A stretch of 64,000 bases of DNA, from NCBI GenBank assembly GCA_034780895.1, contig JAUZTB010000077.1:11831615-11895614 (forward strand), in the 5' to 3' direction. Numbering within the stretch: position 1 is the first letter of the stretch; the number at the start of each line of letters is the position of its first letter. Below are positions 27,442 through 42,109 of this stretch, one piece after another. The position numbers and the translations under genes are program-made. Origin of the DNA: Rhynchobatus australiae. Its lineage: Eukaryota. A model generated the notes under the pieces. That model saw only the letters and a program-made list of their open reading frames with translations. It made no database searches and was not told the DNA's origin.

Positions 27442-28854
27442 ACTGTAAAAAGTACATTTAAATTTTTTTTACCATTCTTTTTATATACATTATCTATCAT
27501 TCCTCTCCCATTCTAATCCAAAGAATGCGGGACAGATCATTTTACCATAACCACANNNNNNNNNNNNNNNNNNNNNNNNNNNNNNNNNNNNNNNNNNNNN
27601 NNNNNNNNNNNNNNNNNNNNNNNNNNNNNNNNNNNNNNNNNNNNNNNNNNNNNNNTTACCATAACCACAAAGTTTTGCTGACATTTTCCACATATTACCA
27701 TTAAATTAAAATAATTGTGAAATGTACAAAATCTAGAACAAAGTAACAAAGACTTTAAATATAGATTCTGTTGGTCTCAAATTACACAAGCTTTGGCCTT
27801 TCATGCCTATTTATCAGTGTTGGGTCATTTACAGCTAATCCAGGCTTAATGGGAAGCAAACAGGACAGGAATGTAAAGCAAGGCTCAAATGCACCAGCAA
27901 TTTCTTTATATTACAATTTCATATCTCTAAATATAATGATACAAGTGAAAATCTTAACTACTACAAATTGATTTATATTTATACATTGTTAATGTTTTAC
28001 ACTCAGCTCCCATATACTGTGCAGTATAGGAACTTATTATCAGGTACTGCAGACAATGAGAATTACAAACCGAAACAATTGAGAAAATTACTAGTTTGTA
28101 ATGAAAATTTAAAGCTCAGAAATTTACATTTGACATGGGAAGAAATCTGGGCCATGTCCTGGGAAAGAGATAAATGATGCTATTATGAAACCTGTGTTTT
28201 TTTTTAAATGGGTGGAACACTTCGATTATCTTATATTTGGGTTAGGTAAAACATTCTTCCTGCTACAGCATGTTTTAAAAAAAAACATGCATTTTATTAC
28301 TGTAACAAAATTGTGTATCATTTGTTCTTTTGTATGATGCAACCTGAGTATCAGGGTCCTGTTGTAGCCCTTCACATTGTCACTTGTCTTCTGAAAATTA
28401 CTTAAACAGATCGGCTAAATAAAGGGCTACTGTACAGATGACAATGTTAGTTTGCAGCCAAAATACAAATGAATTCTCATGTTCATTATAACATGGCACA
28501 CAGCATTTTAGGAATATCAATAATAGAGCAGACAGGGAATAAAATATTGCAGTGCACCACAGATGGCTTTTGCCTTCGTTTATACTCTATAGTGGATGTT
28601 TAACAATATCTGGTGCTCAATATGGCTAATGCTCCAAACGAAAGAAAACCCTGCTGTAATGCTACCTGTGGAGCAATACATTCTTTGCAGTGGTGGATGC
28701 ATGATCTCTTTGCTACAGATTGTACTCTAACGTCAGTGACTTGTTTGAAAGGACAACAAACTATAAAATAAACAGGTCAAAAGGAAGTAATATTGTCATA
28801 ATGCAAAACAGAAGTACATGTTAAATAAACTGATTACTTTCCAAGCTAGAACAA

Positions 28855-29120
28855 TTAATTCACCTCAGATGCTGTAGATGTGTTTGCAGGACGGGGTGGG
28901 GACAACAGTGGGACAGGAGATGTAGCTTCAATTAAAGCTGGATTAAGTATGATAGGCAGAGGCATAGGTGGGACACCAACTTGAAGCGATGAAGTTAGAG
29001 GGTGCAGAATTAAAGGAGACTGGGTGACTGACTGATTGATATCTGGCCCAACACTCATCTTCACTGGTGTAGAGAGTGGAGTAAGGCTGGGAGTCCCTCC
29101 AAATTGTATATTTTCAGAAT
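28855..29120 (-). CDS. GBF1: GBF1 last coding exon (proline-rich C-terminus)
   Basis: (D)SENIQFGGTPSLTPL...SSLQVGVPPMPLPIILNPALIEATSPVPLLSPPRPANTSTASEVN* matches the GBF1 C-terminal LQVGVPPM.LPIILNPALIEATSPVPLL...SEVN. Acceptor ctcag. Confidence 0.96.
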
Positions 29121-31254
29121 CTGAGGACAAAAAACAGTAAAAATGAACTTTAATTGAAATCTTTTTAAAAAGTTAGAAACAATGCATCTTGAAAGTATAT
29201 TTACTAGTAACTTTGCAGAGTTTGGATTTTGAACCCTGAAGATGCTGATTATTCCTGACGAATGGCGTGACAGGAACTGACACTGTAACTACTCATCACA
29301 TGGAAACACAAAAATTGAGGTGTTTTGGGGGTGGGAGAAGGTGCAGTCTTGGAAACATGCAAAATTCCATTAGTATTTGTGATAGTTTAGGTTTCTGCTG
29401 AAACAAAATCTTCCATTAACCAACATTATAACCCCAAATGTATTTTTTGGCTCTTTTTGAATGTCATTAATATAGGTGGGTCTATCAGAAAATGTCTTTC
29501 TATTAAGTGCTTATTTTTTTCACGATTGAGTCATGAGTAGCTACTTTTAAAAAGTACACGTGCTATTTACTAACTTAGTTTGGTGTAGATTACCCACTTT
29601 TAGTAAATACTTTAAGGTGCCAAAATTGCTTGATTTTAAGACCTTCTTCATAGACCACAAATGGGCTTACAAATAAATAATCAGTTCATTCTGGGGCCAG
29701 TTGTGGGCTTCAAGTGCTTTTGTTTAAAATTCCTCTCTTTTGCATTGCTTTAGATAAGTAATTAAATTCACTGTAACATAAACTGCTCACATCCCAGGCA
29801 GGCTTTTTGACCCTAAAGTATCATACTCCACAAACAGCAATCAGCTTCAGATGGTCAGGTTCCCTCTCTAGCCTTGCAAAAGTTAATTTAAAAGACACCT
29901 TTATTTTAGAATTTGTTTGTTTTGGCTTACAGAATGGTTTGTAAACAGAGTTGCAAACTAAACAAGTGATTCACATAAAACTATCCACAATTTTTGCCTG
30001 ATGGAATGGACATTTAGATAACCTGTTAATTTCATACTGATTACCAAAAGGAACAGTCTACTTGTTCTAGGTTTTAAATCCTATATTGTGTGGGTTAAAA
30101 TTGCTATTTCTAGCATAACATTTTGCAAATCATTCCCTTCATTTGTTTCTACATAATGAACTAATGCTATTGGCGTAAGTGTGAAGCAAGAACAGTTACA
30201 AGAAAGTGTACTCTAGTAAAAAAAAGGTGTCTGGAATTTAGTGTAACACATGTCAAATCTGTGTTAATTAAATTAATTAATGACACATTAATTTATTGTG
30301 AACAACATGCTCCGAGCATCTAAGGGAGAAACTTTAATAAACCCGTCTCAAAAAAAAAGGATCCTCTTTCACCGAAGCGTATTCATATTAATGAAGGATG
30401 GTCAGGTTGAGTAAAAGGGAGTTAAAATATATAAAATCAGTAATAGTTGGAAGAAGTTAATTCATCAGTTGCATCATGGTATCTTAAACTAAATTATTAT
30501 TCATGTCCAGAAAGAATGCAGTTAAATAAGAATGTTTCCTGCTAACTCCATTTTATCAACTAAAACTATTATAGTATAATGAAAATAGTTTGAAAAGGAA
30601 CCTCCACTTCTGCAACACATTTCACATCTCCAAAGGTGTGAAATGAATTGATTTGTTCCTGGAGCATATTTTTTCCAAAAATACTTGAGTAATTATTACT
30701 TTTGAAGCAGCCATAAGCAATTTCCTTGGTACAAGAAGCAAGGTTGTTTGATTTATCTTTTCATTACTAAGTTGTGGCTCTTACTAGCAAGTCAGCATGT
30801 ACTACTCATTCCACCATGACCTTGAAAATCTTTCTAATCACTGCAATTTATTTTTGTGAGCAATTAAACGTTGGCTAAATCATTGGCAGAATTCTTTGCT
30901 CTCAAGAGTGTTTGGGATTTAACACCATACTTGCAGTTTAATAATTCATCTGAGCAACTGCCAACCAACATTATGTGGCCAAGCTCTGCTGTGGAACTTT
31001 CGCTCAAACCACTTGATTCATAGTGATTGGATCGAACAAAGCTGACACCAAGAGTAGCAAATGCATGCTACATCTCAGTGATGGTAAGATTCAGCAGAAA
31101 AAAAAATAAAGGGAAAGACTGACAACTAAAGGCAGTAAACCATAAAAATCTTAAGTTCAATTTCAGCTAATTTTTATAATGAGAAGATAGAATATGACTA
31201 TGTCAAAGCTCTCCTAGCTTGATAAAATTACTTAACTAAATGGCTCCAACTCAC

Positions 31255-31393
31255 CTTTGGCATTAGCCTCTGTGAGGTTTTCTGATGCTGTAACTTGACC
31301 AGATGGATTTGTATCTGAGCCTGGTAATATAGATGCTTGTCCACTGCTAAGATGCTGCATCGAATTANNNNNNNNNNNNNNCAAGGACAGGAT
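31255..31393 (-). CDS. GBF1: GBF1 penultimate exon (interrupted by a 14-N gap)
   Basis: ttgtag|(D)PVL..gap..NSMQHLSSGQASILPGSDTNPSGQVTASENLTEANAK(D)|gtgagt. Phase 1 at both ends, as the neighbouring exons need. The gap size is inconsistent with the frame by 1 nt. Confidence 0.8.
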
Positions 31394-32929
31394 CTACAAA
31401 TTAAGCATAATTTACTTAAAAATATGTTTATGAATTTTCTATCCAAAGAATACTTTTGAGACTCCCTTTATATTGAAGTTCTTATTCCAAGAACAATGGT
31501 AACATTTCAAGAGGTATGCTGGATAATCAACACCTAGTTTCTAAAGCATGTAGTGGATTAACGCTGAAAAACTACTGAAACAGGCAATTAGAACACAGCA
31601 TTAATACAGCAACATGGAAAATATTCTAGATGTTCTGCACTGAGGTAAATGGAATAAAATTCTGAGGCAAAGAATACAAAAGTCACCCAATAGTGGAGGA
31701 CAAGGGTCCATGGTGGAAGTATTTACTTATTATTTGTGTACACTCTAGCCAAATACAATTTTGATTCTACAATTGGCTAATATAGGTATATATTATATAC
31801 ATTTAATTCCTTGTCTAATGGTACTGGTTTATACCAACTGATTGAGAACAAAAATTGTGCCCCCATACTCATGCACAGAATGCTATCATTAATTATTTGA
31901 GATTACAGGAAAGAATGAAATATACAATGCTTTTCACAACCTCAGTTCAGCCCAAAAATGAAGCTAATCAAGGAAGCCTGCTGTAGTTATTGGTGCCATG
32001 ATGGAAAATGCAGGAGTCAGTTTGAACACAATAAGATCTTCAGTTTCATGTCAAAGCTGAAAATGGAGCAATTCCTCAAATCTTGTACAAAGCATCTATC
32101 TAGATTATGTGCTTAATCCTTTCAGTGAAGCCTGAACCCATAATCTGACTCAAAAATGAGATGACAGTAAACTGAGGTTGACATTGTTTATGGAGTGTTT
32201 GCTTTTGTCAACATATTATGAACTTGCATAAAATTTTTATGTGATTTGAGGTTTAAAAACTCCTGAGCAGCTGGTAAACCCAGTCTGATACTGTACTGAA
32301 GTTATTATAATTCAAGCAGCATGAGATGATATCTACTGGTGGATGAAGTTAAAACCTGACCAGAGCCCAAACACGTAGTTTTCCTTACCTGACCAGAGTC
32401 AGACTTAACATCCAGGCTTGAAAATGACCCTCAAAGCCCAGTGAATTTACCATCACCAACTGATCATGGAAATGCAGCCAACTTGAAGCTGATTCCTAGA
32501 AATCACTCCCCTGATCCAGGGCAGCATCCTCTGTCCAGTCTCATCGTGTATCACATCTGTTAGTCAAACTTGAAATCAACACTAAGAAAATGCCACCTCA
32601 TCCTGGATTGATTCCCTCATTTGCTTCCTGGCCAAGTATCTCATCTTAACAAGCAGCCAGCCATTGACATCAGCAAACTAACGCGGATGAAGTACTGAGC
32701 TGGCTGGCACAGCAAAGTCCAACCTGGACTCTAATATTTCAGCAGAACACAGACCTGATTCAAACACATACAGTCAGGTTCTACAATGAATGCTGTCAGA
32801 CCATTATTCACCAGAGACACAGATCAGGGTTAATTTCACCTTCTCACTATTTTAATACAATAATTTCACACTGTGTCATGGGGATAGAGGTAAAATTCTT
32901 CCATCAAATAAAAGAATGCTCATACCAGG

Positions 32930-33860
32930 GGGGCTCCGTATTGAACCAAATATTGAGGAAACATCATACACAATTGAGACCATTCCCTTGGCAACATTCT
33001 GATTCACTGTTCCATCTCCACAACAGTGAATTCCCTTCCCGCATGACCACAGAGATGCAGTACCTGTCTTTTTATCTCTTTCCTACCCACCCAAACACTC
33101 ATTCCAGATGAAGCAGCGAATCACCATACTTGGTCCAATTTGGTACACTAGATTTGATGTTAATGTGGTCCCTATGTTTGGAAAACCAAGTGCAGATTGG
33201 ATGAGTGCTTTGCTGAACAACGCCATTTAGTCTGCAAGGATGAAACAGAGCTGAGCTTCCTGTCACTTAAATTCTCCCATTCTCACTCTAACCAGCTTGT
33301 GGCCTCTCCTACTGTTCCAATAAAGCCCGATGTAAGCTCAAGAAACAGCACCTCATCACCCAGTTAGGGACATTACAGCCCATAGGATGCAACACTGAAT
33401 TTCAGGTAATTAGTCCTTCCAGTCTATAACAGAAGTGCCCAGTTCCAATAACGAATGGTAACATGTAACATTTTACTCTCCCACAGCTACTGCCTGACCT
33501 GCCAAAAAGTTCCAGCATTCTTTTATTATAGATTTCCAGTACTTGTTGTATCCTGTATCCCACATTTCTAATTTTTTTTTAATCATATAATTAAGCAAGT
33601 CTTCAGCACCCTCTCAGCCAGCACAAACACCATCTGTGTCCCTCTCGGTCTCCAACCTATCAACGACATCCTCTTCATTTTCTCTCTCTTTCCTCCTCTC
33701 CCCCTCAGTTGTGTTTGACACAGTTTTTCCTAGCTCTGATAAAAGATTATTATCTCAAAACTTTACCTGCTTCTCTCTCACTGGGTGCTCCCTCACTTGC
33801 TAAGTGTTTCCAGAATTCGGTTTAGTTCAGATTTCCAGCATCAGATGTTTTGCATTCCAA
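32930..33860 (+). mobile_element. Penelope-like element remnant (GIY-YIG endonuclease region plus terminal repeats)
   Basis: cattccagatgaagcagcga (FQVKQR-like)...ggaaaaccaagtgcagattggatgagtgctttgctgaaca (GETKRRLGDRFAEH-like)...gaaacagcacctcat, followed by two terminal-repeat copies (about 33470-33545 and 33735-33855). Confidence 0.65.
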
Positions 33861-34514
33861 ACAACAAAACTCTGCCCCTTTATACAGCAAACAACCGCCA
33901 GTTTCCACTAGTTCTACCTTAGTGCTGAAAAATTTGTCCTGAAAAATTTGATCATACTTCAGATGTTTTATAGCAAATCTTCTGCTGCATTTTCCATAAC
34001 TTGCAATGCTTCTTTATCATATCAGAATGGATAACTTACAAAACTATGCCTAATAAACATAAACAATATTTTGATGCTTTAACTTTTTAAACATATAAAA
34101 AAGGGGAATTGAAGAAAAAGTGTACAATATTCTACTTTCTTCCACCCTGATTATTGCTAGCATGTTTCACAGGAAATTTTGGCAGAAACTGCCAGCTCCA
34201 AGATTGGAATAAATTTTACATTACTTTTTAATTTTCCCATTTCAGGCCAATATATTATCTCTACTTTCACTGATATGAATCAGTCCATTTTAGAATGATC
34301 TCCAAGGGAGCTGGGCAATTAATGTGAACATTTTGTTTGGTCACTGAATTTCTTAGGATGTAGACATGTTGGAGACCTACTTCATATCAACATTGCTGGA
34401 TATGTGGATCACAATTTAATCATCATTTTTAAAATTACCTTAATTTAGGTATGTATTTTATGTGCAAGAGAGATATCAAATCCAAGAGTTAAACATGGAA
34501 TGGAAGATTTTCAC

Positions 34515-34692
34515 CTTGAATAACTGTTTGTTTAAAGAGTTCGTCCTTTAGTCGAGGCAAGAAGCAATCTATTCTTTCCCATGTAATCTCCCAAAGCTGA
34601 GAATAACCAGTCCTCGACTCAGCACAGTGGAAAATGCCAGCTGTATCCATAACCAGGAGCATGTTCTTCAGCGATTCTGGAATTGCTTCCAA
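34515..34692 (-). CDS. GBF1: GBF1 exon (HDS3 end)
   Basis: LEAIPESLKNMLLVMDTAGIFHCAESRTGYSQLWEITWERIDCFLPRLKDELFKQTVIQ, 178 nt, AG/GT flanks. Confidence 0.96.
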
Positions 34693-36399
34693 CTGAAAGG
34701 AAAGAAATGATCAACATTCCACAGCAGGATGAAAAATATTCAAATAATAGAATCTTTGTCAGCAAATTCCATAACGGCAACTGGAATTCAGTTTTGCTCA
34801 CTTGACAGATATAAGCATACAGTGTGACAGGCCGAGCGAACTGCAGCTTATGAACAAATTCTAGCCCTCAAAGCGAAGGTAATGCTGTTCTATTTGTGGT
34901 TATAAAATTGGATGTTAAAAGTACAGAATGAGGTGCATCAATGCTGGGTCTGTATAACTGCAACGCAAAACTGATCCTACTGTTGTTATTTTTTTAAATT
35001 TCAATGAATCAATAGGTTTTGGGAGAAAGGTTTTCAGTGCTGTCACGTTATTGATGAATAAACCCCAAATCAGAATACCCAGAAGAAATGTATTATATTC
35101 AATGATTGCCAGTAACGGCTGGCACGGAAACAAAGCCATAAAGCTCTGACAGTCACGCTTTATAAAAATGCCCTGAAGTCAAACATTGAATATTTCTCCT
35201 CTTCCAAATTGATAAGTAATTTGTATCAGATACAAGGAGCACCTGCAATTCTGTAATCTGCTTCTGTAAAGCTACCAACTATGTAGATTTGTTGCAGAAT
35301 TAACTCTTTACAGTATCATGATGCAAATAGTTGTATGAAGCTAAAAGAGCTTGAAGCTTTGAGAGATGCAAAACAACGCCTGTACTAGTGGTCCAAACTG
35401 CAGGGATTTGAGTGGACAGACGAACAATGTGCACGCTCATTACTCATGCTTATAACTGTCTCAAACCAACCAATTAAACTCGAAATTGATAGCAGAGAGA
35501 ATGATGTAATTAATATCTTTAATCTGTTTGTACTATTTCAATAACTGCGTTAGGGAGCAGAGAGACAGAATCAGAGGCTATATGGTTAATATAGGAACCA
35601 GACAAGAACCAACCTTTAAACTACTTCCACTTAGTTTCTATATTACATCATGAAAGTATTTTATTGATAGTTATAAGCAGTAATTGGCATTGGAATCACC
35701 GTTTACATAAAGGTGGTTCTCTTATTAGAATAACAGCTGCCAGATGCTTGCACAGACTGCAGATGCCTGACACAAGTGTTCCTGGAAACTAACCAGGATA
35801 TTTATACAGAGAATAATCAGTTCTCGTGTACATCAAGTACTGGTAAATTATGAATGGGAGAAGTCAGGAAGGGTGAGATTTCAAGACAGACTAGCACAGN
35901 NNNNNNNNNATACCCTCAATTTTTGTTATGTAACTATTCAAGAGCTGTCTGTGTGCACATGAAGAGAAGATTTTGTTTAGTATGAGAGGAAGTTTTCATC
36001 TTCCAGGAGCTACATGAGGAATTAGCTGTAGAAAAGGAGCTAAGCTCAAAAGCTCCAGAAGTATAAGAAAGAGGAAAACAATTAAAGACATTAGTCAAAG
36101 CAAATGTCACAAGACCATGAGGTATTCTGGGTTGGTTGCCCAAATGTGCTGGGTACATAATAGGCCATAGGGAGACAGATCAGACAGAGGGTTGTTGACT
36201 GGATTCCAATCAACCGCTTGAAACGCCTATCAAAACTCCCAAGCCACAACACATTGATTTTAGATTCCTAATAACCCAGCAAGAGGCCTCTCAGCTCAAT
36301 GGGTCATGACAACTCTCAGGGAGCNNNNNNNNNNTCACTGCACTTGCTCTCTCTCACACATTAAAATCAACCCCCCTTTGATTTGCTTTCCATTAACTA

Positions 36400-36572
36400 T
36401 ACTCAGGGGTAATGTACTTGGACAATTAACCTACCAGCAAGACTTTGGGATATGGGAGGAAACTATGGCACCTGGAAGAAACTCGCATGGTCACAGAGAC
36501 ATGCAAAGTCCACACAGACAGCACCTAAATCAGCCTGGAGCTGTGCGACAACAGCACTAACTTGTGTGCCAC
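36400..36572 (-). mobile_element. V-SINE-like element
   Basis: caattaacctaccagc...gggaggaaac...catggtcacagagacatgcaaagtccacacagacagcacc...ctggagctgtg...cagcactaac...gtgccac; the tRNA-derived head is at the right end. Confidence 0.7.
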
Positions 36573-37670
36573 AAGTTCAGTTGAGATCACGATCAGGGAA
36601 CCATTACATGGTTAGAGGTATGAGATGGCTGCCAAGAGCCATCCATGTGAAACAGACAAGACATGAATGCATGAGGCATTAGTGCTACTCTACATTTTAG
36701 AGTTAAGGTGATTGGCATCATTAAAGCACAAAGAGCAAGAGGGACCCATCTCCAATTTATGCAGCACACCATGGAAGGCTCCAGATTGCTGCCTGGCGAC
36801 CTTGCATTACCAAAAATGGCTATGACCACATCTGATAAGTTGTCATGTATTATCAATGTATTTAAAGCAGATAAAAGTAAATGTATTTTGATTCTCGAGG
36901 CAACTCAGCCACCAGACATCCCCTGCACAGATGCTGGTGCTGGGACTGACTGTATAAAGACTTCTGACATCTATGGCTCCAGTCTCTGAATGGCTCCATA
37001 ATCCCAATGCATTTTATGACACCAAACTGTCCTGTCATTTAACCCTGGAAATAAACAAGTAACACTTTCAATAACTTTTGAAGTTCTTTGGAAAAAAAAG
37101 TCCTAATTTTGAGGTTTCAGTTAAGAATCCAGGCCACTGACATCCAGAAGAGTTAAAAGGAACTTCTTTTCTCCTGAAGCAAACTGTAATCGTATGAGAC
37201 TTGGGCAATTAGCTTTTATCATATGATGAATTATATTATGTAGCACCTCTATTGTAGTAAACACCCCGACTATTTCAGTGAAGCACAAGCAAGCAAGCAA
37301 ATTGTGACATCAACCCCACAAGGGAGAGGGAGTCAAAATTCTTGGTTTTGAAGAGAAGTTGAATGGGAGAAAGAAAGGTTGGCAGGAGGGGATTCCTGGG
37401 TTCAGGGCTGATGCAGTTGAAGGCTCTGTCACCAATGGAAAGTATGAAAGATAGAACTGAAGGAGCATAGAGATCTTAGAGTGAATTGGAAGAGGTTTCA
37501 GAGAGAAGGAAGGGAGAGGACCCAAGGAAATAGTCACTTACAAGGTGCTGAAAAAAATTGCAAGATCATCTCCGAAATCAAGAATTAGATCATAACCTAG
37601 AGAATTTTATTTCAAATGAAAGTTTTGGGGAAATTTTGTAGAAATTCTGATATGAGACTGATTTTCCTAC

Positions 37671-37784
37671 CAGCAAGTCACTGGATCCAGCATGCATGTA
37701 TTTGTCCATGAAGTCCAGGATTGTTAACCACAGAGCAGCAAATGTTGGTAGAGATAACAATGGAGACAAATGTTGGAGGAAAAC
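37671..37784 (-). CDS. GBF1: GBF1 exon
   Basis: VFLQHLSPLLSLPTFAALWLTILDFMDKYMHAGSSDLL, 114 nt, AG/GT flanks. Confidence 0.96.
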
Positions 37785-38598
37785 CTTTAGGAAAAAGATC
37801 ACATAACAAAGTCAATGTTGTCAAAAAAGTATAATTGTACAAGGTAAATGCAGCTTAGGAAAATAACTGGTCTGGATCACTTAGTACCACCTTGTGTTTC
37901 AGTTCTTTGAGAATTCCAGCCTAAGTTCTAATGAGTGGCAACTCAGGCCCTTCACCGACAAGAAATTACCACGTCACTACCTTATAACCACATACATTGA
38001 TTGAAGTTCCTTCACGTTAACAGTGCATTTGACTCTTTATTCTCATTCAACTATACTGCACACAGTTTTGATACAAATCAAATTCAGTAAACCCAATAGT
38101 TAATGTAGAATACACTCTGATGAGAGAGGCATCAACACTAAAAAGATTAAGCTCAATTTTGAACAAAAATCACTTAATGACTAGTTTATTTGATTTTTCA
38201 GCAACCTTACTAGATGGTAAGAGAAAAATAAAATTGTTGGGAAGTGGATTTCTAAAAAGGTCAAAACATTACCTGCTGGGCTTTCAGTTCGGCAATCTCT
38301 CATTTATTACAGAGGTAGCAAACAATCATGTAAATAAAAACCAGAAAGCATTGGTGGCTCTCCAACACAATAGTATTTTGCCACGTTGTGCATAGCATAA
38401 ACAATGTGGATATAAACAAATACATCACTGGAAGCTACACCATATACTTCTGAGTAATTAACTCAAATTCTGAAGAATTTGCAAAGAATTCAAAACTTTA
38501 TAACTAATACAGCAAAACATATCATTGTAAACGCACCACCCAAGTGTACAGTCAAGAACCCACCACAGTCCTGGACTCTTGTTTGATAACACACTCAC

Positions 38599-38700
38599 TT
38601 TGCAAAGTAAGGTTGAAGCTCTCATTCTGGTCTCTTCCATCCCTCCAACGTCAGCTGGGCTGATATTCTCCAAAAGCTTGGTCAGTAATGGAAATAATAC
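38599..38700 (-). CDS. GBF1: GBF1 exon
   Basis: VLFPLLTKLLENISPADVGGMEETRMRASTLLCK, 102 nt. Preceded by a 91-nt intron. Confidence 0.96.
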
Positions 38701-38791
38701 CTTCACAAACAAGTCACAGGACATGATGCTTCAACTTAATCTGTTTTAAACATTTTTTTCCAATTTGTCAAGAGGCGAGGTTGCTATGTAC

Positions 38792-38922
38792 CTTGTTAAA
38801 GCAGGATTCCCATTCTAAAGCATCCAGTGTTTGCAAATCATGCACTAAAAGTGCTCTCTGCAGGTAAGTAAGTGCTTGCATTCTGACTTGGCGCCTGGCA
38901 TCACAACAAAGCCATGCAATGC
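38792..38922 (-). CDS. GBF1: GBF1 exon
   Basis: (G)IAWLCCDARRQVRMQALTYLQRALLVHDLQTLDALEWESCFNK, 131 nt. Confidence 0.96.
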
Positions 38923-39900
38923 CTGAAGAGACAAGATACAGATTTGGGTATGAGACCCTTCTAAAACTCCTGCAGAGTTTCAATTCATTGTACAATGCAA
39001 CACAATCCAAGTTATCTGGTCTGAATAAACGCTATCCATATCTCCTGCGAGATTACATCAGAACCCAGCAATAGGCACTTCAAAGTGAGACCATGTCATT
39101 CCTACAATCCAAGTTTGGAAACTGCAATGGTTCACTGGAATTTTAAATAACACTATAAATCAAAAAGTGCACAAAGGGTTAATACTATTGCAATTTAAAA
39201 ATCTTGTGCTTAGTCAAAACTACTCCTTATAACAGGCATGAACTGTTCAAGCAAATGAAGGACTGCTATACATCCTGGTATAGAAGGGTCTTTCCTTGAT
39301 GGCTGCCCCAGCTTCAGCATATGAGACAGATCAGAGTATATGCAGAGCAGGAATATTAATAGGATATATAGGACTATTCAGTCCATCTGCTACCAGACAA
39401 CTCAAATGTATAAATTTTAGATCTACACAGAATTTAGCGCTACAGTTCCATCATACCAGTTGTGTCAGTACAGAAGTCATGGTGGCTTTATAGTTAAACC
39501 ATTAAGTATCATTTTATACCATTTAATCTAACTGAGAGAAGAACTTAAAGACCAGAGCAGTAAAAAGCCCTACATCATTTCATCTACCTCAGTCAGAGAC
39601 CTTCCCTTTCTTTCTCTCCTCCACTTATTATCACTGCATCTTAAAAGTTGTTTATCACTAAATGATGAGAGGTCAGTGACCTGAAACTAAAAACTTTTCT
39701 CTACAGATGCTGCCTAACCTACTGAGCATCTGTTTTCATTTCAATATTGAAATACGTTGTAATGAGACAGAAATGGAAAGAGAATACAAGTAATAGCTAA
39801 TTTCCTTTCACCATTTTGAAAGCAGGAATTCCAAGAGATCATTAGCAAAACATACTCAACTTATGAGCCATTTCTCCACAAGCCTGTAGCACTGACTCAC

Positions 39901-40051
39901 CTTGCAGCAGTGGACACCAGCAGTGCGACCATAAAGTTCTGGCATCAGCATCAATTTTCTTTCCTGCCGACTCCAGGTGGCGCTGTTCTTCAGCCCACGA
40001 ACTATAGATGTTAGCAGCTCTTGTGTGGAGTGTGTGCATCAAATCCAGTAG
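39901..40051 (-). CDS. GBF1: GBF1 exon
   Basis: LLDLMHTLHTRAANIYSSWAEEQRHLESAGKKIDADARTLWSHCWCPLLQ, 151 nt. Confidence 0.96.
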
Positions 40052-41164
40052 CTGAATCAAGAAACACATGCAAGTTAACTGGATATCCTGCAAGCAAACC
40101 ATGTAGTAATGTAGCAAATTTTCTTTTGAAACAAACAAGAAACCATTCATTCCCTTGAGCCTGGTCCATCATTTAATTAAATCAAGGCTAGTTCTTAACT
40201 CCATTGGTTCCGTTATCCTTAATACCCTTGTCCAACAAACATCCATTTTGAAACCTTCAACTGATCCACAGCTTCGAAGCTCCTATAGAAGGCAGCCACT
40301 GTGTGGTTGTGCTACCTCACATCATTCCTGAGTGGCCCATTTCTAATTTTAAAGTTCTAGACAACAGCCAACTAAAAGAACTGATGTCTCTATTTATCCC
40401 ATCACCCTAAGCAAATGAATTTGATCACCAATTAATTTTCAAAAGTTATGGGAATACAAACCTTGTATTATTTTTGCAATTTAACCTGATGATTTAGCCA
40501 TTTTATACCCAATATTATTCTGGTAAAATATGCTGCACTTCTGTAAAATCTAACATCTTTCCAGGTGCTGGGCCCAGATTTGAAGATTGCACTGACATAC
40601 TCACATGTGTAGCACAGTGTACACAATAAATCTGTGGAACTTCTATAAATTACATTGTAAATCTAAAAGCACAGAACAATTTCACCAGTATAATTGTCAC
40701 TGAGCAACTACCCTGCAGTTCCATTGCCAAAGATCAGGGTGCAATATATGCATTCTATTACAAATTATGTACATTGATATAGATTGTAAAGCTTTAAAGA
40801 GGGAATTGAGGCAAGAACTGGAAAGCCACATTGCAACACATTTATCCATTAACACACTGTTCCAGAGGGATGGCAATGCCTATTAACCTTCTGCAGCCAT
40901 TAAAAATAAATATACAAAGTGCAATTACTAAAGAACTAATGTAACATTTATTTCTGAATAACAAGATCTAAAACAAGTGATTATATTAATTTTTGATTAG
41001 CATTCTCTTTGGTACAAGTTAAAAAATTAATTTCACACAACACCACAGATCAGTATCAAACTCATCAAAACTAGGCTTACATTATCAGTTAAGGGTTGAG
41101 AACAGAAAAAAATTCAAGATGAAACTGAAACTCACTACCTTTAAGAGAATCTCAGCAAGGCAAA

Positions 41165-41710
41165 AAGTTATACACTACAGGAAGATACAGATGGCCTGGT
41201 CAGTTGGTAAGAAAAATGGCAAATGGAATTGAATACAGAGAAGTGCAAGGTAATGCATTTGAGGAGGTTCAACAAGGTAAGGGAATATATAGACAAATAG
41301 GATGTGTGTGGTGTGGAGAAACAAAGGAATGTTAGAGTATATATCCACAGAACTTTAAAAGGTGGACCAGGTCTATAAGGTAATTAAAAAGACATACAAG
41401 ATACTTCCCTTCACTGATCAAGGCACAGAACATAGAACAGAAAGGTTTCTCTAGAATTATATACATGTGCAGGCACAGCAAGTACTACAATTCAGATTAC
41501 CATATTACTACAGAAGAGATTTACAAGGATGTTGAAAAGGCTTAAACGTTTTTGCTAAGGGGAAAACGATGGATAAGCTAGGGTTGCTTACTTTAAAACA
41601 AAGGAGACTGAGGGGAGACAATTAAAAAATACAACAGTAAAGTCCAAATAAACAAAGAGGGAATATTTCACTTAGCATAGGGGTCAGAAATCAGGGGGCA
41701 TAAATGTTAA
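41165..41710 (+). mobile_element. Decayed CR1 LINE 3' fragment
   Basis: ctacaggaagatacagatggcctggtcagttgg...tggcaaatggaattgaatacagagaagtgcaaggtaatgcattt (LQEDxD..WQMExNxEKCxVMH). Confidence 0.7.
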
Positions 41711-42109
41711 TAAATAAAAACTTAATCAATAAAAATTCCAGCCAGCAAAAGTTATCTGAGAAGGTTAAAGGAGGTTAAAGGTTAAAGGAATGTTAGCATG
41801 AATGTTGTGTGTGATACTGCCCAAATGGTGTGCTGCTAATTTAAATCAGACCACAATAGGATACATCTTGATCCAAGGTGGGGAGGGAGGTATTGGAACA
41901 GGAAGACAGAAGGAAGGTAAATTCACCAGGTTACTTGTGGTCAACTTAACAGCAAATGGCAGAAATTTCAGAACAAGGATCTCTGAAAAATTAGGGGAAA
42001 GGAATAAAAAAAACATCAGATTACAAGTTCTACTAGGTGACAGAACAGTCATATTGAGAACAGGTAGCATGAGGCAAGAACAGGAATGGGAAAGACCTGC
42101 TATACTTAC

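Noticed and set aside
27541-27670. Direct repeat ttaccataaccaca flanking a 100-N gap (similarly caatataa around 18104-18203)
   Set aside because: Most likely overlapping contig ends, an assembly artefact rather than target-site duplications.
31368-31381. Apparent 1-nt frameshift in the GBF1 penultimate exon
   Set aside because: It coincides with an estimated-size N gap and is not evidence of pseudogenisation.
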